Sequence record: SRR31156797_528
Direction: 5' to 3' (one strand)
Length of the DNA: 60,857 bases
This document shows, in pieces, positions 18,819 through 28,301 of this stretch (position 1 is its first letter; the number at the start of each line of letters is the position of its first letter). A program made the translations under genes and the position numbers. The notes under the pieces are model-generated. The model had not been told where the DNA came from. It ran no database searches and worked only from the letters and a program-made list of their open reading frames with translations.

Positions 18819-18956
18819 AATTTAGCATCTTGTAGACTACAGCTAGAATTTGTACAGATTAATCTTTTTAATCTTTTACATTAGCTGATTAAACAGGCTA
18901 AAACTTAGGCAAACTAAGTTTGGTAATAAAATTAAGGAAAATTAGGAGGAAACGAA

Positions 18957-20402
18957 ATGACAAAAAGAATATTGATCTTTATGCTAATTATGATCATGAC
19001 AGTGTCATTAGTAGCTGGCTGTGCTAAAACATCTGTTGAAGATGAGTCTGCAGAAGCAACTGCTGAAGAAGTAACTGAAGAAGCAACTGATGAAGCTTCA
19101 GAAGAAGCAGAAGAGCTTACACCTGTTACTTTAGAAGTTGTTGCTTCTCAACCTGAGTATGCTGCACAAGAACAGGAAATCTGGAACATTTATATGGAGG
19201 AAAATCCACATGTAACAATTGAATTGATTTCAGTTAACGAAGATACTTCTGCTGCATTCAATACTCGTATTGCTAGTGGTGATGCACCTGATATTCAATG
19301 TTACGTAGGCGTTGACAAAGCTAATTACGAAACTTATCAAAACTTAGCAGATATCGATTACCCATACTGGGATCTAATTCAATATGATGCACAAAATGTT
19401 TATTCTGAATCTAACGGAACAGAAGAAGGCTATGTACCTGTATTATATCCATTCTCTGGTACTACTTTCAGCTGGATTTATCATGAAGACGAGATGGAAA
19501 AAGCTGGTCTAAGTCCACGTGAAACTGTACGTACTATGGAAGATTTCGATGCATTCTTAGCTGAGCTAAAAGTATATGTTGACTCAAATGATGATATTAA
19601 ATATACTTTAGATATGGGCTGGCATTCATGGTGTATTTTCTCACAAGAAATTGATGAACTAGCTGTTGCTATGGGATCAAATCAAGATGAACTAAAAGAA
19701 CTATGGATTAACCGTACAATTGCATGGAATGATGTAGAAAACAATCCATATGCTCCTGCTTTTGAAAAGCTGAAAGAATGGTACGACTTAGGTTATCTGC
19801 CTGAAAAATGGTGGACACGTAACTGGGAAACAGACTTCGAAGCTGGATTCACAGCTAAGAACTCTATCCTATGTTTCCACGGACCATGGTTATGGACAAA
19901 AGTAGAAACTGCTGATCCAGATGCACAATTAGGCGGATTCCCAATGCCTGCTAATGAAGATGGTATCATCCAAAATGGTGCTGTTGAGCCAGGTAAAGGT
20001 ACTGTACTATTTGAATGCAATAAAGACGGCGAAAACCAAGAAGAAGCTGTAAAAGCATTTATCTGGTGGAACAGTCCAGAAGTTATCAAAATGCGCGCTG
20101 AAGCATTCGGTTCAGTTCCTCTGATGGATTTATCATCTGTTGGTCAAGCTGAATTGGCTTCATCACAATACAATGAAGTTATAGGACCTATCCAAGAAGG
20201 TTACTTCGGTGACGTTACATTTGACTCATCACTATGGGCAAGTACACTAGTGGCTAAGTACAAGACTAAAGATTCACAAGATGTTCTTGCTGCTGACGAT
20301 ATGGCTGTACAATATGGTGCTTATTTCGAAGGCGAAATGTCACTAGAAGAGTTGCTGCAAATACTGCAAGATCGTTATGATGCAGCTTATTCTTTTGAAT
20401 AA
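18957..20402 (+). CDS. Carbohydrate ABC transporter solute-binding lipoprotein
   Basis: Lipobox VAGC, acidic linker, family-1 SBP size, HGPW motif; followed by two permeases. Confidence 0.9.
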   Translation: MTKRILIFMLIMIMTVSLVAGCAKTSVEDESAEATAEEVTEEATDEASEEAEELTPVTLEVVASQPEYAAQEQEIWNIYMEENPHVTIELISVNEDTSAAFNTRIASGDAPDIQCYVGVDKANYETYQNLADIDYPYWDLIQYDAQNVYSESNGTEEGYVPVLYPFSGTTFSWIYHEDEMEKAGLSPRETVRTMEDFDAFLAELKVYVDSNDDIKYTLDMGWHSWCIFSQEIDELAVAMGSNQDELKELWINRTIAWNDVENNPYAPAFEKLKEWYDLGYLPEKWWTRNWETDFEAGFTAKNSILCFHGPWLWTKVETADPDAQLGGFPMPANEDGIIQNGAVEPGKGTVLFECNKDGENQEEAVKAFIWWNSPEVIKMRAEAFGSVPLMDLSSVGQAELASSQYNEVIGPIQEGYFGDVTFDSSLWASTLVAKYKTKDSQDVLAADDMAVQYGAYFEGEMSLEELLQILQDRYDAAYSFE

Positions 20403-20440
20403 ACAATAAATACGACTAATAGATTGATTTAGTTTAAACC

Positions 20441-20478
20441 GGCAGCCGTCTGGTATTCCGGACGGTTGCCAATTTTTT
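20441..20478 (+). terminator. Intra-operon stem-loop after the SBP gene
   Basis: GGCAGCCGTCTGG-TATT-CCGGACGGTTGCC followed by AATTTTTT. Confidence 0.75.
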
Positions 20479-20590
20479 AAATATTACTAAAAAACATCAT
20501 ACTAATACTTAAACCAGAGAAGTCAGATTCGTGTAATCTGATATTATTGACATTAAATAGGCAATAGATAATAATGCGGAGGAAACCTAT

Positions 20591-21511
20591 ATGAAAAAAA
20601 CTAATAAGACGAGAGCCAAAAGAAAGAGGCAGGAAACAACGCAGGAGATACTGTTTGTATTACCTCAATTGCTTCTGTATCTTACATTGACAATCCTTCC
20701 GTTTTTTGTAGCGATTCCATTGGTTTTGACTGACCGGAAGACATTCCTTGATAACGAGGTTATGTATGTTGGATTAAGAAATTTCGTTACTATATTTCAG
20801 GAACCTTTCATATCTGAATTTTTACCTGCATTAAGAAGGACTGTAATATTTACTGTGCTAAACTATAGCACGATTTATATTTTCGGCTTTTCATTAGCAC
20901 TTGTTATGTTTGAATTTAACTCAAGGTTGAAAAAGTCATTTTTTACAGTTATTTATATGCCATACATTATTTCTGGCTTAGGTATTGGTATGCTGCTGAC
21001 TCTTATGTTTGCTAAGGATTCAGGTACTGTTAACTTAATCTTGCAGCAATTAGGCTGGATTAAGGAACCTTTGGATATAAAAACGCAGGCAGCTGTTACC
21101 TGGGCATTGCCGCTTACCACTGGGTGGCGTTATGCTGGAGTTAATATGGCGTTTTTCTTAGGAGGGCTTCTGGCAATACCAACGGACAATCTGGAGGCAG
21201 CTGTAGTTGATGGTGCTAATTACTGGCAGAAACTGCGGCACATTTATATTCCTCAGATTATTCCATCTATAGTTATGGCAACCGTAGTATGCCTGATTGG
21301 TTCATTTAACCTTATTGATGAATTATTAGGCTTGGGCGCAATGTACGGAAACCAGAGTGCAGTATTCCTATCTGTTTTGGTATTGAAGAAGGGATTTGAT
21401 GCTAACGGAGGAGGCTTATCTCAATCTGTAGCTATGTCACTTACTGTATTTGTACCGTTGATTATTATAGCAATGGGTTTGATTCGTTGGCAAAAGAAGA
21501 TGCAGTATTGA
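20591..21511 (+). CDS. Carbohydrate ABC permease (MalF/UgpA-like)
   Basis: YVGLRNF, hydrophobic helices, EAA loop LEAAVVDGANYWQ. Confidence 0.92.
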   Translation: MKKTNKTRAKRKRQETTQEILFVLPQLLLYLTLTILPFFVAIPLVLTDRKTFLDNEVMYVGLRNFVTIFQEPFISEFLPALRRTVIFTVLNYSTIYIFGFSLALVMFEFNSRLKKSFFTVIYMPYIISGLGIGMLLTLMFAKDSGTVNLILQQLGWIKEPLDIKTQAAVTWALPLTTGWRYAGVNMAFFLGGLLAIPTDNLEAAVVDGANYWQKLRHIYIPQIIPSIVMATVVCLIGSFNLIDELLGLGAMYGNQSAVFLSVLVLKKGFDANGGGLSQSVAMSLTVFVPLIIIAMGLIRWQKKMQY

Positions 21512-21556
21512 TAGGTTTATCAAAGAGATATTTATTCAAGAAAGTGGAGAATATAT

Positions 21557-22621
21557 ATGAGTTCACAAACTAATAAAAAGAAGAAGCATGCTTTAAAATC
21601 TGACTTCTATAAAGTAAAGAGAAATAAGAAGAAACTATATCATGCTATTATTACAATAATATTGATTGTATATACAATAGTTACGATTACACCTTTCTAT
21701 TTTCTTTTTGTTCGTTCATTTGTAGCAACCAAAGACAGCACAGATTTGCATTTATGGATACCAGAGGCTGAAGAGTTCAGTATGAACTATAAATATGGTA
21801 ATATGGCTACCTATTATAATCTGGACTTAACAGAATTTAAAGAGGAAATGGGTCTTTCAGGATATATAAATCCAAATCTGACCTTGGAGCAGATTTCTGA
21901 GAAATATGATATTCCAGCAGAAAAAATTGAAGATTATCTATCTAATTTCATTAGATTTAATGGTTTCATTACTATTTGGAACGCAGGGTTCTTGAAAGCG
22001 TTCTTTAATACTATGATTATTGTTATGGGTACATTGGCATTTGGTGGTATGTTTACTATAATGACAGGTTCAGTACTTGCTAAATTCCGAAAAAGATGGC
22101 ATCAGGGACTGTATAATCTGTATATCTTTTCTATGATAATTCCAGGAGCAGTAGTAATGCTGCCACAGTATATGATTATTACAAAATACCTTGGTTTATA
22201 TGATAATTATCTGGCATTGATTTTAATAGGTGCTCAAGGCGGTGCTATTCCAATAATGATATTCACATCTGCAATTGCAGCAATTCCAGGTGAATTAAGA
22301 GAAGCAGTTGAGATTGATGGTGGTTCACAGTTGACTTATTTCTGGCATATACTGCTGCCAAATATGAAAACACCTTTTGCTGCATACGTAGCTATTGTTT
22401 TACCAAGTGTATGGAACAATGTACTGTATGGTATACTTTATCTAAAGCCTGAACATCAGCCAATAACTGCTCTGATTAGTTCATTAAATGGTACATATGC
22501 AACAAATTATCAGGCAATGTATTCAGGATTATTCCTGTCAATAATGCCAATATTAATTGTTTATCTGCTGTTCCAGAATCTCTTTGTTAGATCATCAATG
22601 ACAGGAGCTATAAAAGGATAA
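21557..22621 (+). CDS. Carbohydrate ABC permease (MalG-like) with an enlarged first loop
   Basis: EAA loop ELREAVEIDGG, VWNN, C-terminal GAIKG. Confidence 0.92.
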   Translation: MSSQTNKKKKHALKSDFYKVKRNKKKLYHAIITIILIVYTIVTITPFYFLFVRSFVATKDSTDLHLWIPEAEEFSMNYKYGNMATYYNLDLTEFKEEMGLSGYINPNLTLEQISEKYDIPAEKIEDYLSNFIRFNGFITIWNAGFLKAFFNTMIIVMGTLAFGGMFTIMTGSVLAKFRKRWHQGLYNLYIFSMIIPGAVVMLPQYMIITKYLGLYDNYLALILIGAQGGAIPIMIFTSAIAAIPGELREAVEIDGGSQLTYFWHILLPNMKTPFAAYVAIVLPSVWNNVLYGILYLKPEHQPITALISSLNGTYATNYQAMYSGLFLSIMPILIVYLLFQNLFVRSSMTGAIKG

Positions 22622-22826
22622 AATTTAATAATAAGAATATATACTGCACCAGAAGCTTGTTGTAACAATAAAGATTATTAAACTGCGACTGGTGCTGTGT
22701 TATGTAAATCTATTGGACTGTAATGACTAACCTAGAAAATATACACTGATTAAATAGTACTGATATTACTTGTATGTACTTTACGACAACCATTGTAGCA
22801 TTAAATAGTTAGTTGAGGAGTAATTT

Positions 22827-25169
22827 ATGAAATTATGGTATGAACAGCCTGCTGCATCATGGATTGAGGCACTGCCTATTGGTAATGGCAGACTAGGAGC
22901 AATGGTATTTGGCTGTATAAAAAAAGAGATAATATCGCTAAATGAAGATAGTTTATGGTCAGGATATCCTAGAGATCTTAACCCGAAGAATAAAACACAT
23001 TGTTATCAAGATGCCGTAAAGCTTACTAAAGAAGGGAAGTTTCTAGAGGCTCAGAGTGTTATTGAGAGTAATCTTACATCTGGCTGGAGCCAGTCATACC
23101 TTCCATTGGGAGACCTTATATTAGATTTCAAAACTAATAGCAAAGAATCTGGCTACATTAGATGTCTCGACTTGGATACGGCAATATTAACTGTTGAGTA
23201 TGAAATAGATGGTGTTAAGTATAAAAGAGAGATGTTTTCTTCTGCTCCTCAGAATGTAATGGTAATTCGTATATCAGCTGACAAAAAGAATAGTATTAGC
23301 TTTTCGATGGGACTTGACAGCCAGTTAAAGCCAAAAGTAAATACATATAATCAAAGTGTTGTCTTGCAGGGTGAAGCACCTGCATATGTAGAACCAAGCT
23401 ATATTGAAAATTGTGATAATCCAGTGCTATATTTTGAAGAAGATGAAAAGCGTGGTATGCTCTATGAGATGAGAGCAAAGCTTATAAACTTTGGCGGTAG
23501 AGTAACACATACCGATACTACAATACAAATAGATAATGCAGACAGTGCTGTTATATTAGTTACTGCTCAAACGAGTTTTGCCGGATTCGATGTTCATCCA
23601 TTTCTAAATGGAAAGGATTTTGAATTACTTTGTCAGAAAGATTTATATGCAGTATCTGACATGTCATATGATGAACTATTAGAAAATCATATAAAAGATT
23701 ATAAGTCGTACTATGATAGAGTATATATGAATTTAGGAGAGAGTGAAGCATCATTGCTGCCAACTGATAAAAGGTTATACCGCTTTCAAAAAGAAAAAGA
23801 TGACAAATCTTTATATACTTTGTTATTTCAGTATGGCAGATACTTATTGATTTCAGCATCCAGACAGGGTACACAGGCTACTAATCTGCAAGGTATTTGG
23901 AGCAGTCAGCTTCGTCCAGCATGGAGCTCAAATTATACTATTAATATTAATACACAGATGAATTACTGGCCAGTATTTTCATGTGCACTTGGAGAAATGC
24001 AGCAGCCGCTGAATACGCTGATAAAGGAGCTTGCTGTTACAGGAGAAATTACTGCAAAGGATGTCTATGGTGTCAGAGGGTTTACTTCTCATCATAATTC
24101 TGATATTTGGAGGCTGTCCTCACCTGTTGGTAATAAGCAGAGATTTTCAGCTGGCTATGCTTTCTGGAATATGTCTTCAGCCTGGCTTTGCAGGCATTTG
24201 TATGATCAGTATGAGTATACGCTTGATAAGATTTTTTTAGAAGATGAAGCGTATCCTATTATGAAAAGTGCAGCAAAATTTCTTTTAGATATTATTGCTG
24301 AAGATAAAGATGGCTATTTAATTATTTGCCCGTCTACATCTCCTGAAAACACCTTTATTTATGAGGATGAAAAATGCAATGTCTCACCGTCAGCAACTAT
24401 GTCTATAGCAATAGCAAGGGAACTATTTACAAACTGTATTAAAAGCTGCGAAATACTAAAAACAGATTATGAATTTAAAAAAGAGCTTGAAACTGTGGTA
24501 GAAAAATTATATCCATATAAAATTGGAAGCAAAGGACAATTGCTGGAATGGTATGATGAATATGAAGAGGAAAATCCTCATCACAGACATATATCACACC
24601 TGTATGGTTTACATCCAGCAAACGAAATTACTGTCGAAGATTGCCCCGAATTAGCTAAAGCATGTGAAACCACACTAAACATAAGAGGCGATGACGGAAC
24701 CGGATGGAGTTTAGCATGGAAAATAAATCAATGGGCTAGGCTATTTGATGGTGACAGAGCTTTAAAATTATTGAACAGACAGCTTAGAGTTGTCGGCAGT
24801 ATGGATGAAGAGTATAAATTCTCTACAGATGGCGGAACATATATTAATATGTTTGATGCGCATCCGCCGTTTCAGATAGATGGTAATTTTGGAGCTGTTT
24901 CAGGTATTGCAGAGATGCTGGTGCAGAGCCGTGACAATAAAGTTTTCATATTACCTGCATTACCATCAGAATGGAAAAATGGTACAGTTAACGGGCTAAG
25001 GGCAAAAGGGCGGATACAGGTTAACATTGAGTGGAATGGTAATAAGGTAATAACTAGTTTATTGTCTGATAAAGACCAAAAAGTATTATTGTATTTAGGT
25101 AGTAAAATGCATTCAGAAATAAGTTTGAGTGCAGGTGTCCAAAAAGTTATTAATAGTGAAATTAAATAG
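22827..25169 (+). CDS. GH95 alpha-L-fucosidase/alpha-L-galactosidase
   Basis: LPIGNGRLG, YGRYLLIS, NLQGIW, YTININTQMNYW, SPEN, HRHISHL, PFQIDGNFG. Confidence 0.95.
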   Translation: MKLWYEQPAASWIEALPIGNGRLGAMVFGCIKKEIISLNEDSLWSGYPRDLNPKNKTHCYQDAVKLTKEGKFLEAQSVIESNLTSGWSQSYLPLGDLILDFKTNSKESGYIRCLDLDTAILTVEYEIDGVKYKREMFSSAPQNVMVIRISADKKNSISFSMGLDSQLKPKVNTYNQSVVLQGEAPAYVEPSYIENCDNPVLYFEEDEKRGMLYEMRAKLINFGGRVTHTDTTIQIDNADSAVILVTAQTSFAGFDVHPFLNGKDFELLCQKDLYAVSDMSYDELLENHIKDYKSYYDRVYMNLGESEASLLPTDKRLYRFQKEKDDKSLYTLLFQYGRYLLISASRQGTQATNLQGIWSSQLRPAWSSNYTININTQMNYWPVFSCALGEMQQPLNTLIKELAVTGEITAKDVYGVRGFTSHHNSDIWRLSSPVGNKQRFSAGYAFWNMSSAWLCRHLYDQYEYTLDKIFLEDEAYPIMKSAAKFLLDIIAEDKDGYLIICPSTSPENTFIYEDEKCNVSPSATMSIAIARELFTNCIKSCEILKTDYEFKKELETVVEKLYPYKIGSKGQLLEWYDEYEEENPHHRHISHLYGLHPANEITVEDCPELAKACETTLNIRGDDGTGWSLAWKINQWARLFDGDRALKLLNRQLRVVGSMDEEYKFSTDGGTYINMFDAHPPFQIDGNFGAVSGIAEMLVQSRDNKVFILPALPSEWKNGTVNGLRAKGRIQVNIEWNGNKVITSLLSDKDQKVLLYLGSKMHSEISLSAGVQKVINSEIK

Positions 25170-25188
25170 GCAGGAGAATGATATATAA

Positions 25189-26481
25189 ATGATTAATACA
25201 AAAAAATATTACAATGGAATACTAGAGTATATCAAAGATAATGTGGATAGAGTGTTTAAGCCATCAAATGATACATTTAAGTATCCATTTATAGATCCAG
25301 GTTCAATATACGATGGAAACTTATGGGACTGGGACTCATTCTGGACAGTTTACGCATTAATTGCATACGAAAAGACTATTGATGACAGTGAATTCAAAGT
25401 GAAATTAATTGAAGGTGCTAAAGGAAATGTTTTGAACTTCTTTACTTTTCAGCTGGAAGACGGATATATTCCAATGATGGTTACTATTGATAATCAAGGT
25501 GAAGAAGGTGACCCTTACCTGATAAGAAAGCATAAAGAGGGAGCTATACTAAATATGCATAAGCCTTTTTTGTGCCAGCAGGCATGTCTAGTAAGCGGAT
25601 TAATGGATTCATATGATTGGTTGGATGAATATGTTAATAATTTAAAGAAGTATTTCGAATGTTACGACGTATACTATTTGAATGAAAAATGTGGTCTATA
25701 TGTATGGGCTGATGATGTAATGATAGGCATGGATAATGATCCAGCTACATTTGGTCGTCCAAGATTCTCAACAGCAAATGTATTCCTTAATTCATTTATG
25801 GTACTTGAGTTAAGAGCAATGGCGAAGATATTGGAAGGTCTTAATAAAAAAGAATTTGCACAAGAATACATTGATAAGGCTGATAAATTAGCTGATGCTA
25901 TACAGAAAGAATGCTATGATCCAAAAGATGAGTTCTTTTATTCTGTTGATGTGGATATAAGGACTAGATCATATGACTGGTTCCATAAAGGTCTGGGAGT
26001 ATTCTGGAACACCCTTCCAATAAAGATACAAACATGGACTGGATTCATACCAATGTATGCAAAATTTGCAACAGGGGAGCAGTCAGAAAAAATACTAAAA
26101 AAACATATGAATAATAAAGCATCATTTAATTCTCCATATGGGATTCGTGCATTGGCAAAAGATGAGAAGATGTATAATTTAGATGTTACTAATAATCCAT
26201 CTAATTGGCTAGGTCCAATATGGCTTATTGTAAATTATGTTGTTTTCCGTGCACTGCTAAATTACGGATATAAGAAGGAAGCTAAGGAACTGTGTAATAA
26301 AACTCTGCTCCTTCTGGGTGAAGACTATGAAAAAACAGGCTCTTTGCATGAATACTATTCACCTGAAAGTGGAGAACCTATAATGAATCCTGGATTTTTG
26401 AACTGGAATATGCTTGCAGTTAATATGGTGTTGGAATTAGAGGGCAAAGGCTCTTCGTTTGATTTTTTATTTAAGGAATAA
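25189..26481 (+). CDS. (alpha/alpha)6 inverting glycosidase, GH63/MGH1-like
   Basis: LWDWDS, GMDNDP (general-acid region), NWLGPIW, LHEYY. Confidence 0.8.
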   Translation: MINTKKYYNGILEYIKDNVDRVFKPSNDTFKYPFIDPGSIYDGNLWDWDSFWTVYALIAYEKTIDDSEFKVKLIEGAKGNVLNFFTFQLEDGYIPMMVTIDNQGEEGDPYLIRKHKEGAILNMHKPFLCQQACLVSGLMDSYDWLDEYVNNLKKYFECYDVYYLNEKCGLYVWADDVMIGMDNDPATFGRPRFSTANVFLNSFMVLELRAMAKILEGLNKKEFAQEYIDKADKLADAIQKECYDPKDEFFYSVDVDIRTRSYDWFHKGLGVFWNTLPIKIQTWTGFIPMYAKFATGEQSEKILKKHMNNKASFNSPYGIRALAKDEKMYNLDVTNNPSNWLGPIWLIVNYVVFRALLNYGYKKEAKELCNKTLLLLGEDYEKTGSLHEYYSPESGEPIMNPGFLNWNMLAVNMVLELEGKGSSFDFLFKE

Positions 26482-26500
26482 TACAGATTAAGGAATAAAA

Positions 26501-27157
26501 ATGAGTATAGCAGATAAACAATTATATTTAAAACCAGCACTTGATGAAATGAGGAAGAAATGGCCTGATAACCGCACCGTAAATATAGCGTGTCATGGTC
26601 ATAGTGTACCGTCTGGGTATTTTGCCACACCTTATGTTGATACGTTTAATTCCTATCCACATCTTCTTCATAAAGCGTTAAAGGAGAGATTCCCATTCGC
26701 TGTAATAAATGTTATAACTACTGCGATAGGCGGTGAGGATTCATTATCTGGCAGTGAAAGATTTGCTGATAAAGTTCTGTGCCACGATATTGACGTAGTA
26801 ACCATTGATTATTCTCTAAATGATAGAGCAATTGGATTAGATGCTGCAAATACAAGCTGGAGAAAAATGATAGAGAGTTCACTTAAGAAAAATGTGAAAG
26901 TCATTTTGCTAACTCCATCATGGGATAAAACATATTTTGAACAAAGCGATTATTGGAATTTACTGATAAAACATACCCAGCAGGTTCGTAAATTGGCTGA
27001 TGAATACTCAGTAGGACTTAGTGATACTTTTCAGGCATTCCAGAAATATGCTGACATGGGAGGAGATATAACGAACCTCTTATCCTACAATAATCATCCA
27101 AATCGAAAAGGACATGAAATAATAACAAATGAGTTGACTAAGTGGTTTATCGCCTAG
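26501..27157 (+). CDS. SGNH/GDSL hydrolase
   Basis: HGHSV, AIGGE, SLND, NHP. Confidence 0.82.
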   Translation: MSIADKQLYLKPALDEMRKKWPDNRTVNIACHGHSVPSGYFATPYVDTFNSYPHLLHKALKERFPFAVINVITTAIGGEDSLSGSERFADKVLCHDIDVVTIDYSLNDRAIGLDAANTSWRKMIESSLKKNVKVILLTPSWDKTYFEQSDYWNLLIKHTQQVRKLADEYSVGLSDTFQAFQKYADMGGDITNLLSYNNHPNRKGHEIITNELTKWFIA

Positions 27158-27169
27158 TCAACTCATTTG
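27126..27169. terminator. Long hairpin overlapping the SGNH stop codon, between convergent genes
   Basis: 15-bp perfect IR CAAATGAGTTGACTA / TAGTCAACTCATTTG. Confidence 0.7.
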
Positions 27170-27211
27170 CATAAAGTTAAGCATATATTGGAGCAAATTT
27201 TTTTCTTTTTT

Positions 27212-28258
27212 CTATGAACGTGCAAGCTTAATAGCATCTAGTGTTTGCTGCCATCCATTAATAAATGCGTTTCTAAATAGTGTTACTGGTCCATAGTCTT
27301 CAAAATCATCGACAGGTAAAGCATCTGCTTCATATGCCAATGTATATTCAGGTATTAATTTTTTTAGAGTATTTACGGCTTCTGTATCAATAGGTTGATG
27401 TAGATTATCTTCTATTTCAGGTGATTTTTCAATTAAAAGGTCAGCTGTACCTTTCCAGTTAATTGTAACATCTGCTTTTTCCCCTACAAGCCCAGTGAAA
27501 TGGCGCAATGAACGTGCTCCGCCCCCTAGTAGGATACCTGGATAATTTCTTTCTTTCATCATCTTGTACTGTTTCCTAGCGACCATAAGGCCTGCAATAT
27601 CTATAATTTCCTTCGGAATATCAACACCTGTTTCTTTCACTCTGTTTTTCAAGAAAGCATCAAAAATACCTGTTATGTGAGTAACATATAGGGCAGGTTT
27701 GTGTTCTTTGCCATATGTTGCCTTTTGGTACGTTTCACATACTCTTATCATTTGTGAAATGCTCATGATTTCTGTTGCTATAATAGGAATATTCTTTGCT
27801 GATAGATACTCAATTGCCGTTAAGCCAGACTGTGTTACTGGTATCTTTGCTATTACGTTTTTTCCTAGCTTCATATCAATAAGAGCTTCATTGATGATTA
27901 CATCAGGGTCAGATTCTGCAAACGGATCCCCCTGCATGGATACAAATCCATTGCTTCCGGAGGATTTGCTGAAAAGAGGTAGGAATTTCTCCAACAATGG
28001 AACTATAGTCTTGCGCTGTAGGATTTGTGCTGCTTTAGAATCATCATCTGTTTCCTTAATAGTTTCCATCAAGTCCTTTTTTACTCTTTCACCATCAGTA
28101 GGTGAATTTAGCATTTTCGCTGTATAAGTAGGATTTGTTGTGCAGCCAATAAATCCTGCAGAGATGGCAAGATTTACTTGATTTATAGTTGGATTATTAA
28201 TCCAAGCTCCATTTTGATATTTTTCAGATACCTGTTTAAAATAATCTTGATTGTTCAT
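27212..28258 (-). CDS. Divergent transaldolase/FSA-family protein
   Basis: GCTTNPT and Schiff-base IAKIP motifs; several canonical residues altered. Confidence 0.8.
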   Translation of the reverse strand: MNNQDYFKQVSEKYQNGAWINNPTINQVNLAISAGFIGCTTNPTYTAKMLNSPTDGERVKKDLMETIKETDDDSKAAQILQRKTIVPLLEKFLPLFSKSSGSNGFVSMQGDPFAESDPDVIINEALIDMKLGKNVIAKIPVTQSGLTAIEYLSAKNIPIIATEIMSISQMIRVCETYQKATYGKEHKPALYVTHITGIFDAFLKNRVKETGVDIPKEIIDIAGLMVARKQYKMMKERNYPGILLGGGARSLRHFTGLVGEKADVTINWKGTADLLIEKSPEIEDNLHQPIDTEAVNTLKKLIPEYTLAYEADALPVDDFEDYGPVTLFRNAFINGWQQTLDAIKLARS

Positions 28259-28301
28259 AACTACTAACTTACGACTAGAGTAACTACTCTATCCCTTTCG
28301 C

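Noticed and set aside
19030-19120. Repetitive GAAGAAGCA-rich stretch
   Set aside because: Ordinary acidic low-complexity lipoprotein linker, not a DNA repeat array
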